From a virus (taxonomy: Duplodnaviria; Caudoviricetes): a DNA stretch of 58,380 bases. Each line of letters opens with the position of its first letter. The stretch's first letter is position 1. The stretch spans positions 1 to 58,380 of IMG/VR virus record IMGVR_UViG_3300044266_000460; one strand, written 5' to 3'. The notes under the pieces are model-generated. The model made no database searches. It worked only from the letters and a program-made list of their open reading frames with translations, and was not told where the DNA came from. Of the stretch, positions 1 through 8,344 are shown one piece after another. A program made the translations under genes and the position numbers.

Positions 1-640
1 ACATGATATTGTCGCTGTGCAGATCCCAGTGCCAGTAATTCTCACTGACCACGTCCTGGAGATGCAGCACGGTATCAACCCAGAGCCGGAAATCCGCTTC
101 GGTAAATTGCTCACGCACCGAGTTCACCAGTCTCGCTACTCTGACGCTCCATCCATCTAGATCTATGGGGCCAGACGTGGGGTCATCGATGTTGAAATCA
201 CCACGGATGATGCCCAATACCAATTCACGCTCTTTTTGCAGGAGATCGCAGAAACGCGCCAGATCTATTGCGCGACTGCCCCGGAGCAGGGTTTCCTGGA
301 TGGTGACGATCAGCAAACGACCGTCTAGTTTGCGATAATGCCAATATCTCCCGTGTGTTTTCCGGAATCGCGGCAGGAATTTATTTTTGGCCATGTTGTC
401 CACGCAGTATTGTACCCACTGTAGATACATGGCCTGGGAAGGTGTGACATCGGGGTGGTCTTCGGCATCGCGCTGACCCCCGAATATCTTGAGTACATAA
501 TTACCACGCCGCATCTGGTAGGCAAATTGGTCGGACCCACTGCCCAGCTGCGTGAAACCACGCCGGCCCTGGAGATAACTCTGGGCCTTTTGGGGCACAT
601 ATCCTACTTCGTCTAGGTCTTGGAATTCGAGGATTTTCAT
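1..640 (-). CDS. Protein kinase-like (Ser/Thr/APH fold) protein, 3' end runs off the window
   Basis: Not in the ORF track because it has no stop in the window. Manual translation: MKILEFQDLDE...LGSGSDQFAY (Gly loop)...YVLKIF (catalytic Lys)...WDLHSDNIM (catalytic loop). ATG overlaps the upstream stop (ATGA). Confidence 0.75.
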   Translation of the reverse strand, partial: MKILEFQDLDEVGYVPQKAQSYLQGRRGFTQLGSGSDQFAYQMRRGNYVLKIFGGQRDAEDHPDVTPSQAMYLQWVQYCVDNMAKNKFLPRFRKTHGRYWHYRKLDGRLLIVTIQETLLRGSRAIDLARFCDLLQKERELVLGIIRGDFNIDDPTSGPIDLDGWSVRVARLVNSVREQFTEADFRLWVDTVLHLQDVVSENYWHWDLHSDNIM

Positions 641-1038
641 GACATCATGGGCGGAGGAGGGGGCGGGGGTGGTGGGGGTGGTGGGGGTGGTGGGGGTGGT
701 GGAGGCGGTGGGCAGGGCGGTGTTTTGACCGGGTCCGAGCCATTAGCTGCCCGAGCACCCTGCGCTGCACCGGTCATGAACGCATCTTTTCCGGTACCGG
801 CCAACATGATGCCCGACAGCGTGCCGGTCAAAAAGGTAGCTATGGGAATGATCAATTCAAAGAATTTGTTGTCCACGGGACTGATGGCATTGAGTGGCTG
901 GGTCACGAACATGATGCTGTACAGCACGGTGAACACTATGCCCACCAAGGTCACGGCCAAACATCCGCCTATGAATACCTTGAGGCGTATCATCAATTCT
1001 TCTTCGCTGTATTTCTCTCGTGGTGGTTTTGTGTTCAT
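637..1038 (-). CDS. Two-TM membrane protein with C-terminal polyproline tract
   Basis: Two hydrophobic segments; 21 consecutive Pro encoded at 649-711; ATGA-coupled to both neighbours. Confidence 0.75.
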   Translation of the reverse strand: MNTKPPREKYSEEELMIRLKVFIGGCLAVTLVGIVFTVLYSIMFVTQPLNAISPVDNKFFELIIPIATFLTGTLSGIMLAGTGKDAFMTGAAQGARAANGSDPVKTPPCPPPPPPPPPPPPPPPPPPPPPMMS

Positions 1039-1316
1039 TTACAGGATCCAGACGGTGGTGGGGGTGGTGCCCGGCGTGGTGGTGCAGCGGCCGGGGTGTC
1101 GGCTTTCAACGAGTCCGGCACTGCTGCGCCCGCGGGCAATAAACGTGTGATCTCTGCGCCCTTGAAGATATGCTCGGGACAGGTCCTGGACACATCACAT
1201 TGGGGTTTCTTGCAGTAATCCTCGTTCCAGTTGGCGGGATTCTGACAGGGATATCTATACTGATCTCCACAGGCCGTCAGGGTCACCAATAGCAACAAAG
1301 CAAACAGAGTTTTCAT
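1035..1316 (-). CDS. Small Cys-rich lipoprotein
   Basis: Signal peptide with lipobox LTAC; YRYPCQNPANW...C...C...C; Pro-rich tail. Confidence 0.75.
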   Translation of the reverse strand: MKTLFALLLLVTLTACGDQYRYPCQNPANWNEDYCKKPQCDVSRTCPEHIFKGAEITRLLPAGAAVPDSLKADTPAAAPPRRAPPPPPSGSCK

Positions 1317-1332
1317 CTATATACTTAGTCTA

Positions 1333-1902
1333 TCAGCGACTATTTGCCAGGGGATTGTCCAGGGCCTTTTTGATCTTGTCATCCACTTCGCGGCGTATGG
1401 CGCGGGTTTCGGTGTCAATCTGGCGCTGTAGCGATGTGGCTGTACGGTCCATGTTGCGCACTGATTCACCCACGTCCCGGCGCATTTCTTTGATCTCTTG
1501 CTGTGTCTCACGCTGGGATTGTTTGCTGCTGCGCTCGACCTGTTCCACTATGTTTTCCACCCGGCGTATATCGGTCTTGAGATCATTTTTGATGTCCTGG
1601 GTATATTGGGTGCCTTTTTCGCTGGATTGCTGCACCAATTCCAGCTTTTTGTAGATTTCTGTGAGATCCGGACTCACATATTCCGCTATCTTTTTCTTCA
1701 TGCCCATGTAGTCTCGATAAACTTCGAAACAGCCATATAATCCACCCAGGGTGGAACTGATAATGGTGGCAGCGACCATGAGTTTGGCCGGGGTAAACTC
1801 ATATCCCCCGATGCTGATCACTGTGTCTCGGCCGGCATATTTCTTTACAGCGGCATCCATTTCATCGATCTTTTTGTTGACGTCTTTGATTTCTTCGCCC
1901 AT
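1333..1902 (-). CDS. Single-TM coiled-coil membrane protein
   Basis: Hydrophobic segment LMVAATIISSTLGGLYGCF followed by a long charged heptad-like region; AAAGGA SD. Confidence 0.75.
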   Translation of the reverse strand: MGEEIKDVNKKIDEMDAAVKKYAGRDTVISIGGYEFTPAKLMVAATIISSTLGGLYGCFEVYRDYMGMKKKIAEYVSPDLTEIYKKLELVQQSSEKGTQYTQDIKNDLKTDIRRVENIVEQVERSSKQSQRETQQEIKEMRRDVGESVRNMDRTATSLQRQIDTETRAIRREVDDKIKKALDNPLANSR

Positions 1903-1913
1903 TTCTTTTTCCT

Positions 1914-3191
1914 TTATTGATATTGTTGGTCCCGGATTTGCTGCCAGCGCTGTTCACTGGCCCCGGACAATCCCCACAGCGCCCGACGATTGTCCTGGGG
2001 CGGCTGGGAATATTTTTTCTGCATTTCGGCAGCATTGATGTCCTGTATCCGGGCCTGACCATAGGCATCAAAACCCGGTACATAGCCCATGCTGGAGATC
2101 ACAGTGGCCTGGGCAGCCATCTGTGCTTCCAGAGTCTGGGCAGTCTGGGCTCGTTCCAGAGCTGCTGCTGCCGCTGCCCGGGTGGGTCGGGGCTGTTCCG
2201 GCGCATCGGATTTTTTGATATCAGCAGGTGCTGGCACGGTCTGCGCCGCAGGCACCGGGGCCGGGGCGATCACGCTGGTCACGCTGGTCACGGACGTGGG
2301 TGCTGTGGGAGACGTGGTGGCCGGGGTCACAGTGGCCACAGCCACGGGATTGGTGGTGATCGCGACCGGATCGGTCTGGGCTGCTGGGCTGCTGATCAAG
2401 CCAGCGGAGGCCGCGGTCACGGTTTGCTGGGTCACATAGGCCTGGGAATATCCCGGGCACAGCGGGCTATACAGTGGATTGATCACGCAGGGATCCACCT
2501 GGAATGATAGCTGTGTTGGTGCCAGCTGCACTCCCGGACCATGGTAGATTTGGAAATATTCCCCGTTGGCTGCGTTGCCCACGATGCCCGCGGTCACCCC
2601 ATGATACCACGACACAAAGGCACCGGCATAGCGCAGGTCAATGGCCCCGGTGCTGTCGATCTTTACTTCAAAACTGCTGCGATTATTGGTACCATATTCA
2701 TTGACGTTGTACCAGCCATAGGTCATGCTGTTTTTGGTGCCCAGTACATAGTGGCTGCTGGCGGTGGATGAGGCAATGAGATCGGTCCACAGGGGCAGTA
2801 TGGCATAGTTATAGGCCCGGGCCAATTCGCGGGTCAGGGGCTGGCCCTCGCAGCAAAAGCCCCCGGGCACGTTTGGACCCTGGAAACTGATGGCACCATT
2901 GCTGTACATCCAGCTGTCCCGGAAGCTCTGATTGAAAAATGGAAATGCAAATGGCAGGGGCACATGTCTATTTTCATCGTCGCCCATGGTGACGTTTACT
3001 GCATTCGGTACCCCCGGCAGGTTCTGCAAGGGCAGGGGATTCACCACCACGTTCAAGGTCAGCGGTGATCCTGGGATGGCGATGGGTACCAGGGATTGTG
3101 CGTTAGAAAACGTGGAGCAGCAACATAAGGATGCCCATGAAACCAGCACCAATACCCACGTCTTTAGCTCGGTCACTGAGTAGTTTGTCAT
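1914..3191 (-). CDS. Secreted protein with nidogen (NIDO)-like domain and Thr/Pro/Ala-rich linker
   Basis: Signal-like N-terminus; DD..HVPLPFAFPFFNQSF...MYSNGAISF...ILPLWTDL NIDO-like pattern; DPCVINPLYSPLCPGY. Start uncertain (track gives 3263). Confidence 0.65.
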   Translation of the reverse strand: MTNYSVTELKTWVLVLVSWASLCCCSTFSNAQSLVPIAIPGSPLTLNVVVNPLPLQNLPGVPNAVNVTMGDDENRHVPLPFAFPFFNQSFRDSWMYSNGAISFQGPNVPGGFCCEGQPLTRELARAYNYAILPLWTDLIASSTASSHYVLGTKNSMTYGWYNVNEYGTNNRSSFEVKIDSTGAIDLRYAGAFVSWYHGVTAGIVGNAANGEYFQIYHGPGVQLAPTQLSFQVDPCVINPLYSPLCPGYSQAYVTQQTVTAASAGLISSPAAQTDPVAITTNPVAVATVTPATTSPTAPTSVTSVTSVIAPAPVPAAQTVPAPADIKKSDAPEQPRPTRAAAAAALERAQTAQTLEAQMAAQATVISSMGYVPGFDAYGQARIQDINAAEMQKKYSQPPQDNRRALWGLSGASEQRWQQIRDQQYQ

Positions 3192-3633
3192 TGTTTTCGG
3201 CTTTTGGTTGTCGTGCGGGATTTTGATCCCAGATTTCCCGTGCTTCGGCACCGATCTTGCCATCTATGGGGCAGGGTGTGCCGGCATCCATCATGGCCCG
3301 GAACACGCGATCGTCCTGGCATAGGGCACTGACCGCGGCCACTTTCATGCCCATGTCAAAGAGATTCTTGGCCAATTTGATACGTTCGCAATTCATGTCG
3401 CGCACCGTGGATCCACCTGAAATACCTAGAATCTGGGTCTGTACCGCGCCGCTGACCCCCACGGTGCAGAGGTCATTGTTGATGCTGGTTATCGCGGGTG
3501 CTATGGCAGTGGGTGGTGGTGATTTTACTGTGGTTTCCGAGCGGCTGGTAGAGTCGGTGACGATGGGCTGTGCATGTGCCACACCCAGGATCATCACTGC
3601 TGCCAACGCCCATTTTATTATTGTATACATCAT
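3103..3633 (-). CDS. Secreted Cys-rich protein with C-terminal TM anchor
   Basis: Signal peptide ending AHA; DLC...NCERIKLAK...LCQD...GTPCP; hydrophobic C-terminus; TAAATA and AGGAG upstream. Confidence 0.75.
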   Translation of the reverse strand: MMYTIIKWALAAVMILGVAHAQPIVTDSTSRSETTVKSPPPTAIAPAITSINNDLCTVGVSGAVQTQILGISGGSTVRDMNCERIKLAKNLFDMGMKVAAVSALCQDDRVFRAMMDAGTPCPIDGKIGAEAREIWDQNPARQPKAENNDKLLSDRAKDVGIGAGFMGILMLLLHVF

Positions 3634-3672
3634 CCGGCTCCTAGGCGATGATGTATTTAGGTCTGTTTAGAT

Positions 3673-3918
3673 CTAAGTAATAGGTATAGTTTTCAACAGA
3701 TCCAAGAATTGGTCAAAAATGATCTGATTGTGCAGTTCCTCGGCGGCCAATTCAATACCGTCCAATCTGCTGATGTCGCTGAGCAGATCTTGATATTCCT
3801 CGGGGCTGATCTCACCGCGGGTCAACTGTTCGTGATACGCCAGGGCCTGTGTGGCTCGTTGGCTCAGCTGGCCGGGGGTGCGGGTTATGGCTGCCAATTT
3901 TTCTTGTAGGTGCATCAT
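3673..3918 (-). CDS. Hypothetical protein
   Basis: 81 aa ORF, ATGA-coupled to the upstream lipoprotein. Confidence 0.65.
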   Translation of the reverse strand: MMHLQEKLAAITRTPGQLSQRATQALAYHEQLTRGEISPEEYQDLLSDISRLDGIELAAEELHNQIIFDQFLDLLKTIPIT

Positions 3919-4301
3919 AGGCGTGGTCTCTGTGCTGAAATATCAACGATGGTTTCGGTGGCCTGATGTATATTGGCCAATTTGCCCCGGCAGTAGGTCG
4001 CGCTGACTGGTCCACGACGATAACGCTCCGACAGCTCCAGGCTCATGTCCAGGAGTTTCTGTTCCATTTCATGCAGCCGGCCATTGCGCGGTAGGCTGGC
4101 CCCATAACGTCGTAGCCAACGTGCCTGGGCAGTGATCTGCTGGCTGGTCATGACTGCCGCAGCGTGGTCATCACATACCGTGACATCGGCGCTGAGTTGA
4201 TTTATGGTCACTAGATAGCTGTGTTCCATGCTGTCAAATCCGCTGGGCAGCAGGGCGCAGCCGGGCAACAGCATCAGTATCGCAGCGACCCCGATCCTCA
4301 T
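3915..4301 (-). CDS. Lipoprotein
   Basis: MRIGVAAILMLLPGC lipobox. Confidence 0.7.
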   Translation of the reverse strand: MRIGVAAILMLLPGCALLPSGFDSMEHSYLVTINQLSADVTVCDDHAAAVMTSQQITAQARWLRRYGASLPRNGRLHEMEQKLLDMSLELSERYRRGPVSATYCRGKLANIHQATETIVDISAQRPRL

Positions 4302-4495
4302 ACCAATTCGCCCACGGCCCTGAAATGCAGTGGTTTGCCGGTGTCATCACAGACCAATTGTCCGCCCACTTCGGCGGCAAAATATTTGCCATGTCCCAGG
4401 TGTTTACCGTTGTAGAGTACGTTACGCACGGGCTGTCCGTTGAACATGCGTGTGCGTTGTGTGCCTTTTTCTGCCTTGGTTTTGGGTGCTGCCAT
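4298..4495 (-). CDS. Small basic hypothetical protein
   Basis: AGGAG SD; fills the gap between coupled genes. Confidence 0.65.
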   Translation of the reverse strand: MAAPKTKAEKGTQRTRMFNGQPVRNVLYNGKHLGHGKYFAAEVGGQLVCDDTGKPLHFRAVGELV

Positions 4496-4504
4496 GTCGT
4501 TCTC

Positions 4505-7417
4505 CTAGTATTTGCCGTCACTGCGCAACAGGGCCGGATGCCCTTGGCTGTCAGTTTCCAGTCTGAGTTTGTTGGCCTGGCGCCCGATCTCGCCGGGCTG
4601 TATGTCCTGGGTCAGGGCCATTGCAAATCTGGGATCATGCCGCTGGGCCCGGGTGGGGATATATCCCGAAGATTCGCGCAGCGCGAACATACGATTGACT
4701 CGTTCGGTGCCCTGGGCTATACGCTCCTTGTCACGCTGTGCCCGGGCCTGCGCAGCCGGGGTCACGGCCTTGTCAAACTTGGTGGCCGTGATGGCCTCTT
4801 GGCTCTTGGCATTGTAGCGTTCCAGGAAGGCGCGCAGGAAATCCTGGGCCGAAGCGTAGGGTCGGAGATCGCCCTGACCATAGAGGTCATTGAGCGCAAA
4901 ACTCCGGGCCAGTCCCTGTATACCCAGGGCCAGGCGCTGGATATTGGGGTTGGCGACATCTACCCCGGGATTGGCCGCCAGCAATGGATCCACCTGGGCC
5001 GATCGGGGGTCACGGCCGGTTATGAGCTGATATTCGTGCCGCAGTATATCCAGGATGAACTGTTCTATGTTGGTGCTGGCATTCTTCAGCACATAGTTTT
5101 TTCTAGTGGAGGTATAGGGTTGTTTGACGCCATCGCGTTCCTTGTACTCCACACCACCATGCTGGATACTCATGTTCATGAGCTGGCCCAAGACCGAGAA
5201 CATATTGCCGTTCAAGAGACCCTTGGTGCCGCGCTCGGGTGTGACCCGGAACCGTCCCCAGGGCGCTAATGCGGCCGTGTGGGGCATGAGATCCACCTGG
5301 GCCCAACCGCTGTTGCCGATACGTACTATGGGGTGACCGGGTTCGCTGTGGGGATGCACATAAGGGGGGTGCTGTTCAGCGATCCACTGGGCCCAGAGTC
5401 TATTCCAGAATCCCTGGCGCGCCGCTTGTGTGAGTCCCTGGGTCTCGGGCAAGTCTGGTACTATGATCTGTAGATCTATGTCACCATATTCAGTCTCGGG
5501 CTCATCCACGCCATGATAGGCCGAGCTGCCGGTAGGATGTCCCAGTTCCGTGGGTGGGTAGGGGCTCCAGGCGTTGAAGTCTTGTACATATTTTTTCATG
5601 GTCTTCAGGGCCGATTTCACCGTGGCGGGGTTTATCTGGGTATCTTGGGTCACGGGATTGTCCCAGCCACCTTCGCGCAGCTGATGTTCACGTCGATACA
5701 GTATGCTCTGATTCTGGGCATTGGCATCGCCGCCGCGAGCGCGGGCATAGTTGCTGAGTTCTTGCGCGAGTTCTTCCTGCATACCCGCGGCACCGGCACG
5801 TTGTATCTGGGTGGCCAACCGGGCCACGTCACGGGTGTTTTTCAGGGTCTCGCCCACGGTACCGCAACCCGATACCCCCGCGGCCACGCAGGCTGCTGCT
5901 ATGGCCTGGCGCGTGAGGCGTGGTAGTTGTTCCAGACCTTCGTCGATGTCCTGGGTGGGCATGCCCAGGCGCTGGAGGTCACGTATGTACTTGTGCTCAA
6001 CGGGCTCGCTGCCAAAACTCAGCACGGTCTGTGGTGCGCCTTGTCGGAACTGCTGGGGATCAGCATCATCGAGATCTGATATCTGTTGTCCCAGCTTGTA
6101 CCAATCGTAGACATCGCTCACACCTACTTTCACAGTGCCCGGGGGAAATGGCAATGGTTCGCCGGGCTGTTTCATGGAGTCTTCGTCGTCGGCGTCCGCG
6201 GCGTCTTCGCTCAGGGAGTCGGAATAAAAATAATCGGGATGTTGATCAGCGAAATGTCGCATCACTATACCGGCCACGGCGTGGGCTTCATTTTCCCAAT
6301 CACTACCAGTCTCACCTGCTGTGACCGGCATGGGCCCGATCTCGTGCTGGCGGCAATGTGCGAGTTCGTGGGCTGTGGTACGCATCACATCCAAGATGTG
6401 ACGGTTGGGTAGGCTCACATGCAGAGCGTGTGTTTCGGGATCATATCTACCAAAACTGTGATTTTTCTCGCTCCAGCTGGGATCATCATGCAGATGTATC
6501 TGGGGCATGTTCTCAATGCCCAGGGTACGGGCCGTGTGTTGTATGAATTTTTCCAGGGTGGCTCGGTCATGATCCTGTTCGCTGACGAACATCTTGGTAC
6601 TGGGGCTGACGCCATCGGGCGAGCTACCTTCTTCGCTGACCGAAGTGCGTGTGTATCTGGCACGATCCCGGCTCTCGCTGCGATAACCATAGCGCACTGG
6701 TTCCGGGGATTTTTCAGCCAGACTCAGCTGCTGATCATGGGCAGCATTGCGGGCTGTTTTCAATCGTTCCAGGACACCGCTGTGCCGCAGTAGTTTGAAC
6801 GTGAGATTTTCGCAACCAAACTCACCATGCTGGGCCAATCCGGTTTTACGCATGTCGCGTATTTTGTCCCAGATACGGTGCAGGCGTGATTCGTCACCGC
6901 TGTCCAGAGCTGAGTTGATCCTGGCTTCGAGATCATGGAATTTGTGCTGCACACAGGCATCATCTACCTGGCTCCGGCGACGCCGGGGTACGCTGATCCA
7001 TTTGTTGTGCAGGATGCTGTAGATGCCCTGGCTCACGTGCGGTTGATCCTGGGGCTGCACGTAGAGCTCCACATCGGCACCACCTATGGTGATGTTGTGA
7101 GTATCATTGTACTGATACTTTTTGGCGTCAAACAGTTCTTGATATACGGGATCCTGGGGCATGCGCACCACCAGGTGCAGATCTATGTCCGATTCCGGGG
7201 TATAGTTATAGGCCGCATTGCTGCCGGAGATGGTTATGTCCACTAGATCCAGATCGGGCACACCCAGGGATTCCTGAAAGTCCGCTGCTATGGCCAGGAG
7301 TTTTTCCCGGACCTGGGGCAGGAGATGTTCGTCCTGCTCCCAGAGCCGCGGATTCAAGCGATCGTGGAATTTTACTACGTCACCTAATCGGAATTCATCC
7401 AGTTCTTTGAAGTTCAT
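4505..7417 (-). CDS. Multidomain (polyvalent) protein: Pol-beta-type nucleotidyltransferase + zincin metallopeptidase + second nucleotidyltransferase
   Basis: ISGSNAAYNYTPESDIDLH and TGSSAYHG..YGDIDLQ (GS...DxD motifs); HELAH (HExxH) at 6356-6370 with a downstream ENEA Glu. Confidence 0.75.
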   Translation of the reverse strand: MNFKELDEFRLGDVVKFHDRLNPRLWEQDEHLLPQVREKLLAIAADFQESLGVPDLDLVDITISGSNAAYNYTPESDIDLHLVVRMPQDPVYQELFDAKKYQYNDTHNITIGGADVELYVQPQDQPHVSQGIYSILHNKWISVPRRRRSQVDDACVQHKFHDLEARINSALDSGDESRLHRIWDKIRDMRKTGLAQHGEFGCENLTFKLLRHSGVLERLKTARNAAHDQQLSLAEKSPEPVRYGYRSESRDRARYTRTSVSEEGSSPDGVSPSTKMFVSEQDHDRATLEKFIQHTARTLGIENMPQIHLHDDPSWSEKNHSFGRYDPETHALHVSLPNRHILDVMRTTAHELAHCRQHEIGPMPVTAGETGSDWENEAHAVAGIVMRHFADQHPDYFYSDSLSEDAADADDEDSMKQPGEPLPFPPGTVKVGVSDVYDWYKLGQQISDLDDADPQQFRQGAPQTVLSFGSEPVEHKYIRDLQRLGMPTQDIDEGLEQLPRLTRQAIAAACVAAGVSGCGTVGETLKNTRDVARLATQIQRAGAAGMQEELAQELSNYARARGGDANAQNQSILYRREHQLREGGWDNPVTQDTQINPATVKSALKTMKKYVQDFNAWSPYPPTELGHPTGSSAYHGVDEPETEYGDIDLQIIVPDLPETQGLTQAARQGFWNRLWAQWIAEQHPPYVHPHSEPGHPIVRIGNSGWAQVDLMPHTAALAPWGRFRVTPERGTKGLLNGNMFSVLGQLMNMSIQHGGVEYKERDGVKQPYTSTRKNYVLKNASTNIEQFILDILRHEYQLITGRDPRSAQVDPLLAANPGVDVANPNIQRLALGIQGLARSFALNDLYGQGDLRPYASAQDFLRAFLERYNAKSQEAITATKFDKAVTPAAQARAQRDKERIAQGTERVNRMFALRESSGYIPTRAQRHDPRFAMALTQDIQPGEIGRQANKLRLETDSQGHPALLRSDGKY

Positions 7418-7422
7418 GGATG

Positions 7423-7428
7423 TATTTA
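7423..7428 (-). promoter_or_regulatory. Late promoter box TAAATA (representative; also 3655, 8308, 9337, 9877, 14846, 16667, 20467, 33506, 53697 on -; 16777, 36268, 52081 on +)
   Basis: Recurrent TAAATA shortly upstream of virion/late-type genes; resembles the T4 gp55-dependent TATAAATA box. Confidence 0.7.
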
Positions 7429-7440
7429 CCGACTAGGAAA

Positions 7441-8283
7441 CTATTCGCTGGAGGCCATGACCTCGGGCTCTGAGGCTGCCTGGGGCACGATCACTGGTGC
7501 TGTGGGCACATTGAACATGGCAGCTAGATCGTCGAACAGCTTCTTTTGATTGTTGCCGTCAAACACATAGGTGCCCACATGGCGCAGCAATACACGTTTA
7601 TCGATGTAGATGTGACCCCCGAGATCACGCCAGTTTTCACAGAATGTCCAGTCTTCGCTGTAGTAGCGGTTTTCGCGGACTGCTGTGTCAAAGTAGGTTT
7701 TCATGTGAGTGTCCAGCGAGGGATCTAGCCCGATGTCGTTGTTGAAGGGACGTACCGCGGGATGCTGGTTTAGCTTTTCAAATACCTCGCGTTTGATCAG
7801 CAGGAATCCAGTTCCGGTCTTGGTGACTTCCACCAGCCCATCTTCACCCTCGGGCTGTCCCGGGATACCGTTCACGCACCACTTGACCGGCAGGCTCTTC
7901 ATGGGATACAAACCACCTATGACGTCTACCTGGCGATTCAGCATGACCAAGAGCTGCCAGGGTTCCCAACCTATGTCAGCATCAATAAACATGAGGTGAG
8001 TACTTTGGGGAGTGGCCAGGAACTTGGCTGTGAGTGTATTGCGAGCCCGGCTGATCAAGCTTTCATTGGTCATGGTTTCCACGGTCCAATCTATGCCCAG
8101 CTGTCGGCAAGTGTTGGCCCATTTGATGAAACTCATAAAGGTCTGCTCACTGAGCTGCCCACCATAACAAGGCATACAGATATGGACCTTGGTTGTTCGC
8201 AGATAATCTATGTTGACTTGGATCTGCGCTTGTTCATTGGTGGCAGTTTGAGTAGGGGCAGTTGCTGGGGTTTGATCAGACAT
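7441..8283 (-). CDS. GT-A fold glycosyltransferase (family 2-like)
   Basis: ICMPCYGG, SLISRARN, LMFIDADIGW (DxD), GTGFLLIKREVFEKL, SEDWTFC. Confidence 0.8.
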   Translation of the reverse strand: MSDQTPATAPTQTATNEQAQIQVNIDYLRTTKVHICMPCYGGQLSEQTFMSFIKWANTCRQLGIDWTVETMTNESLISRARNTLTAKFLATPQSTHLMFIDADIGWEPWQLLVMLNRQVDVIGGLYPMKSLPVKWCVNGIPGQPEGEDGLVEVTKTGTGFLLIKREVFEKLNQHPAVRPFNNDIGLDPSLDTHMKTYFDTAVRENRYYSEDWTFCENWRDLGGHIYIDKRVLLRHVGTYVFDGNNQKKLFDDLAAMFNVPTAPVIVPQAASEPEVMASSE

Positions 8284-8344
8284 GTGGTCTCCGTAAAAAT
8301 ATACAGCTATTTACAGAGTCGCACGGACCCGGCTATTTTTTACT

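Noticed and set aside
620-1150. Poly-Gly ORF on the + strand
   Set aside because: Antisense reading of the polyproline tract; the minus-strand genes are coupled by ATGA overlaps
4325-5269. Long + strand ORFs antisense to real genes (also 12077-12811, 28816-29601, 50517-51368, 55513-56394, 56549-57439)
   Set aside because: Shadow frames of motif-bearing minus-strand genes, with no SD, promoter or recognisable motifs
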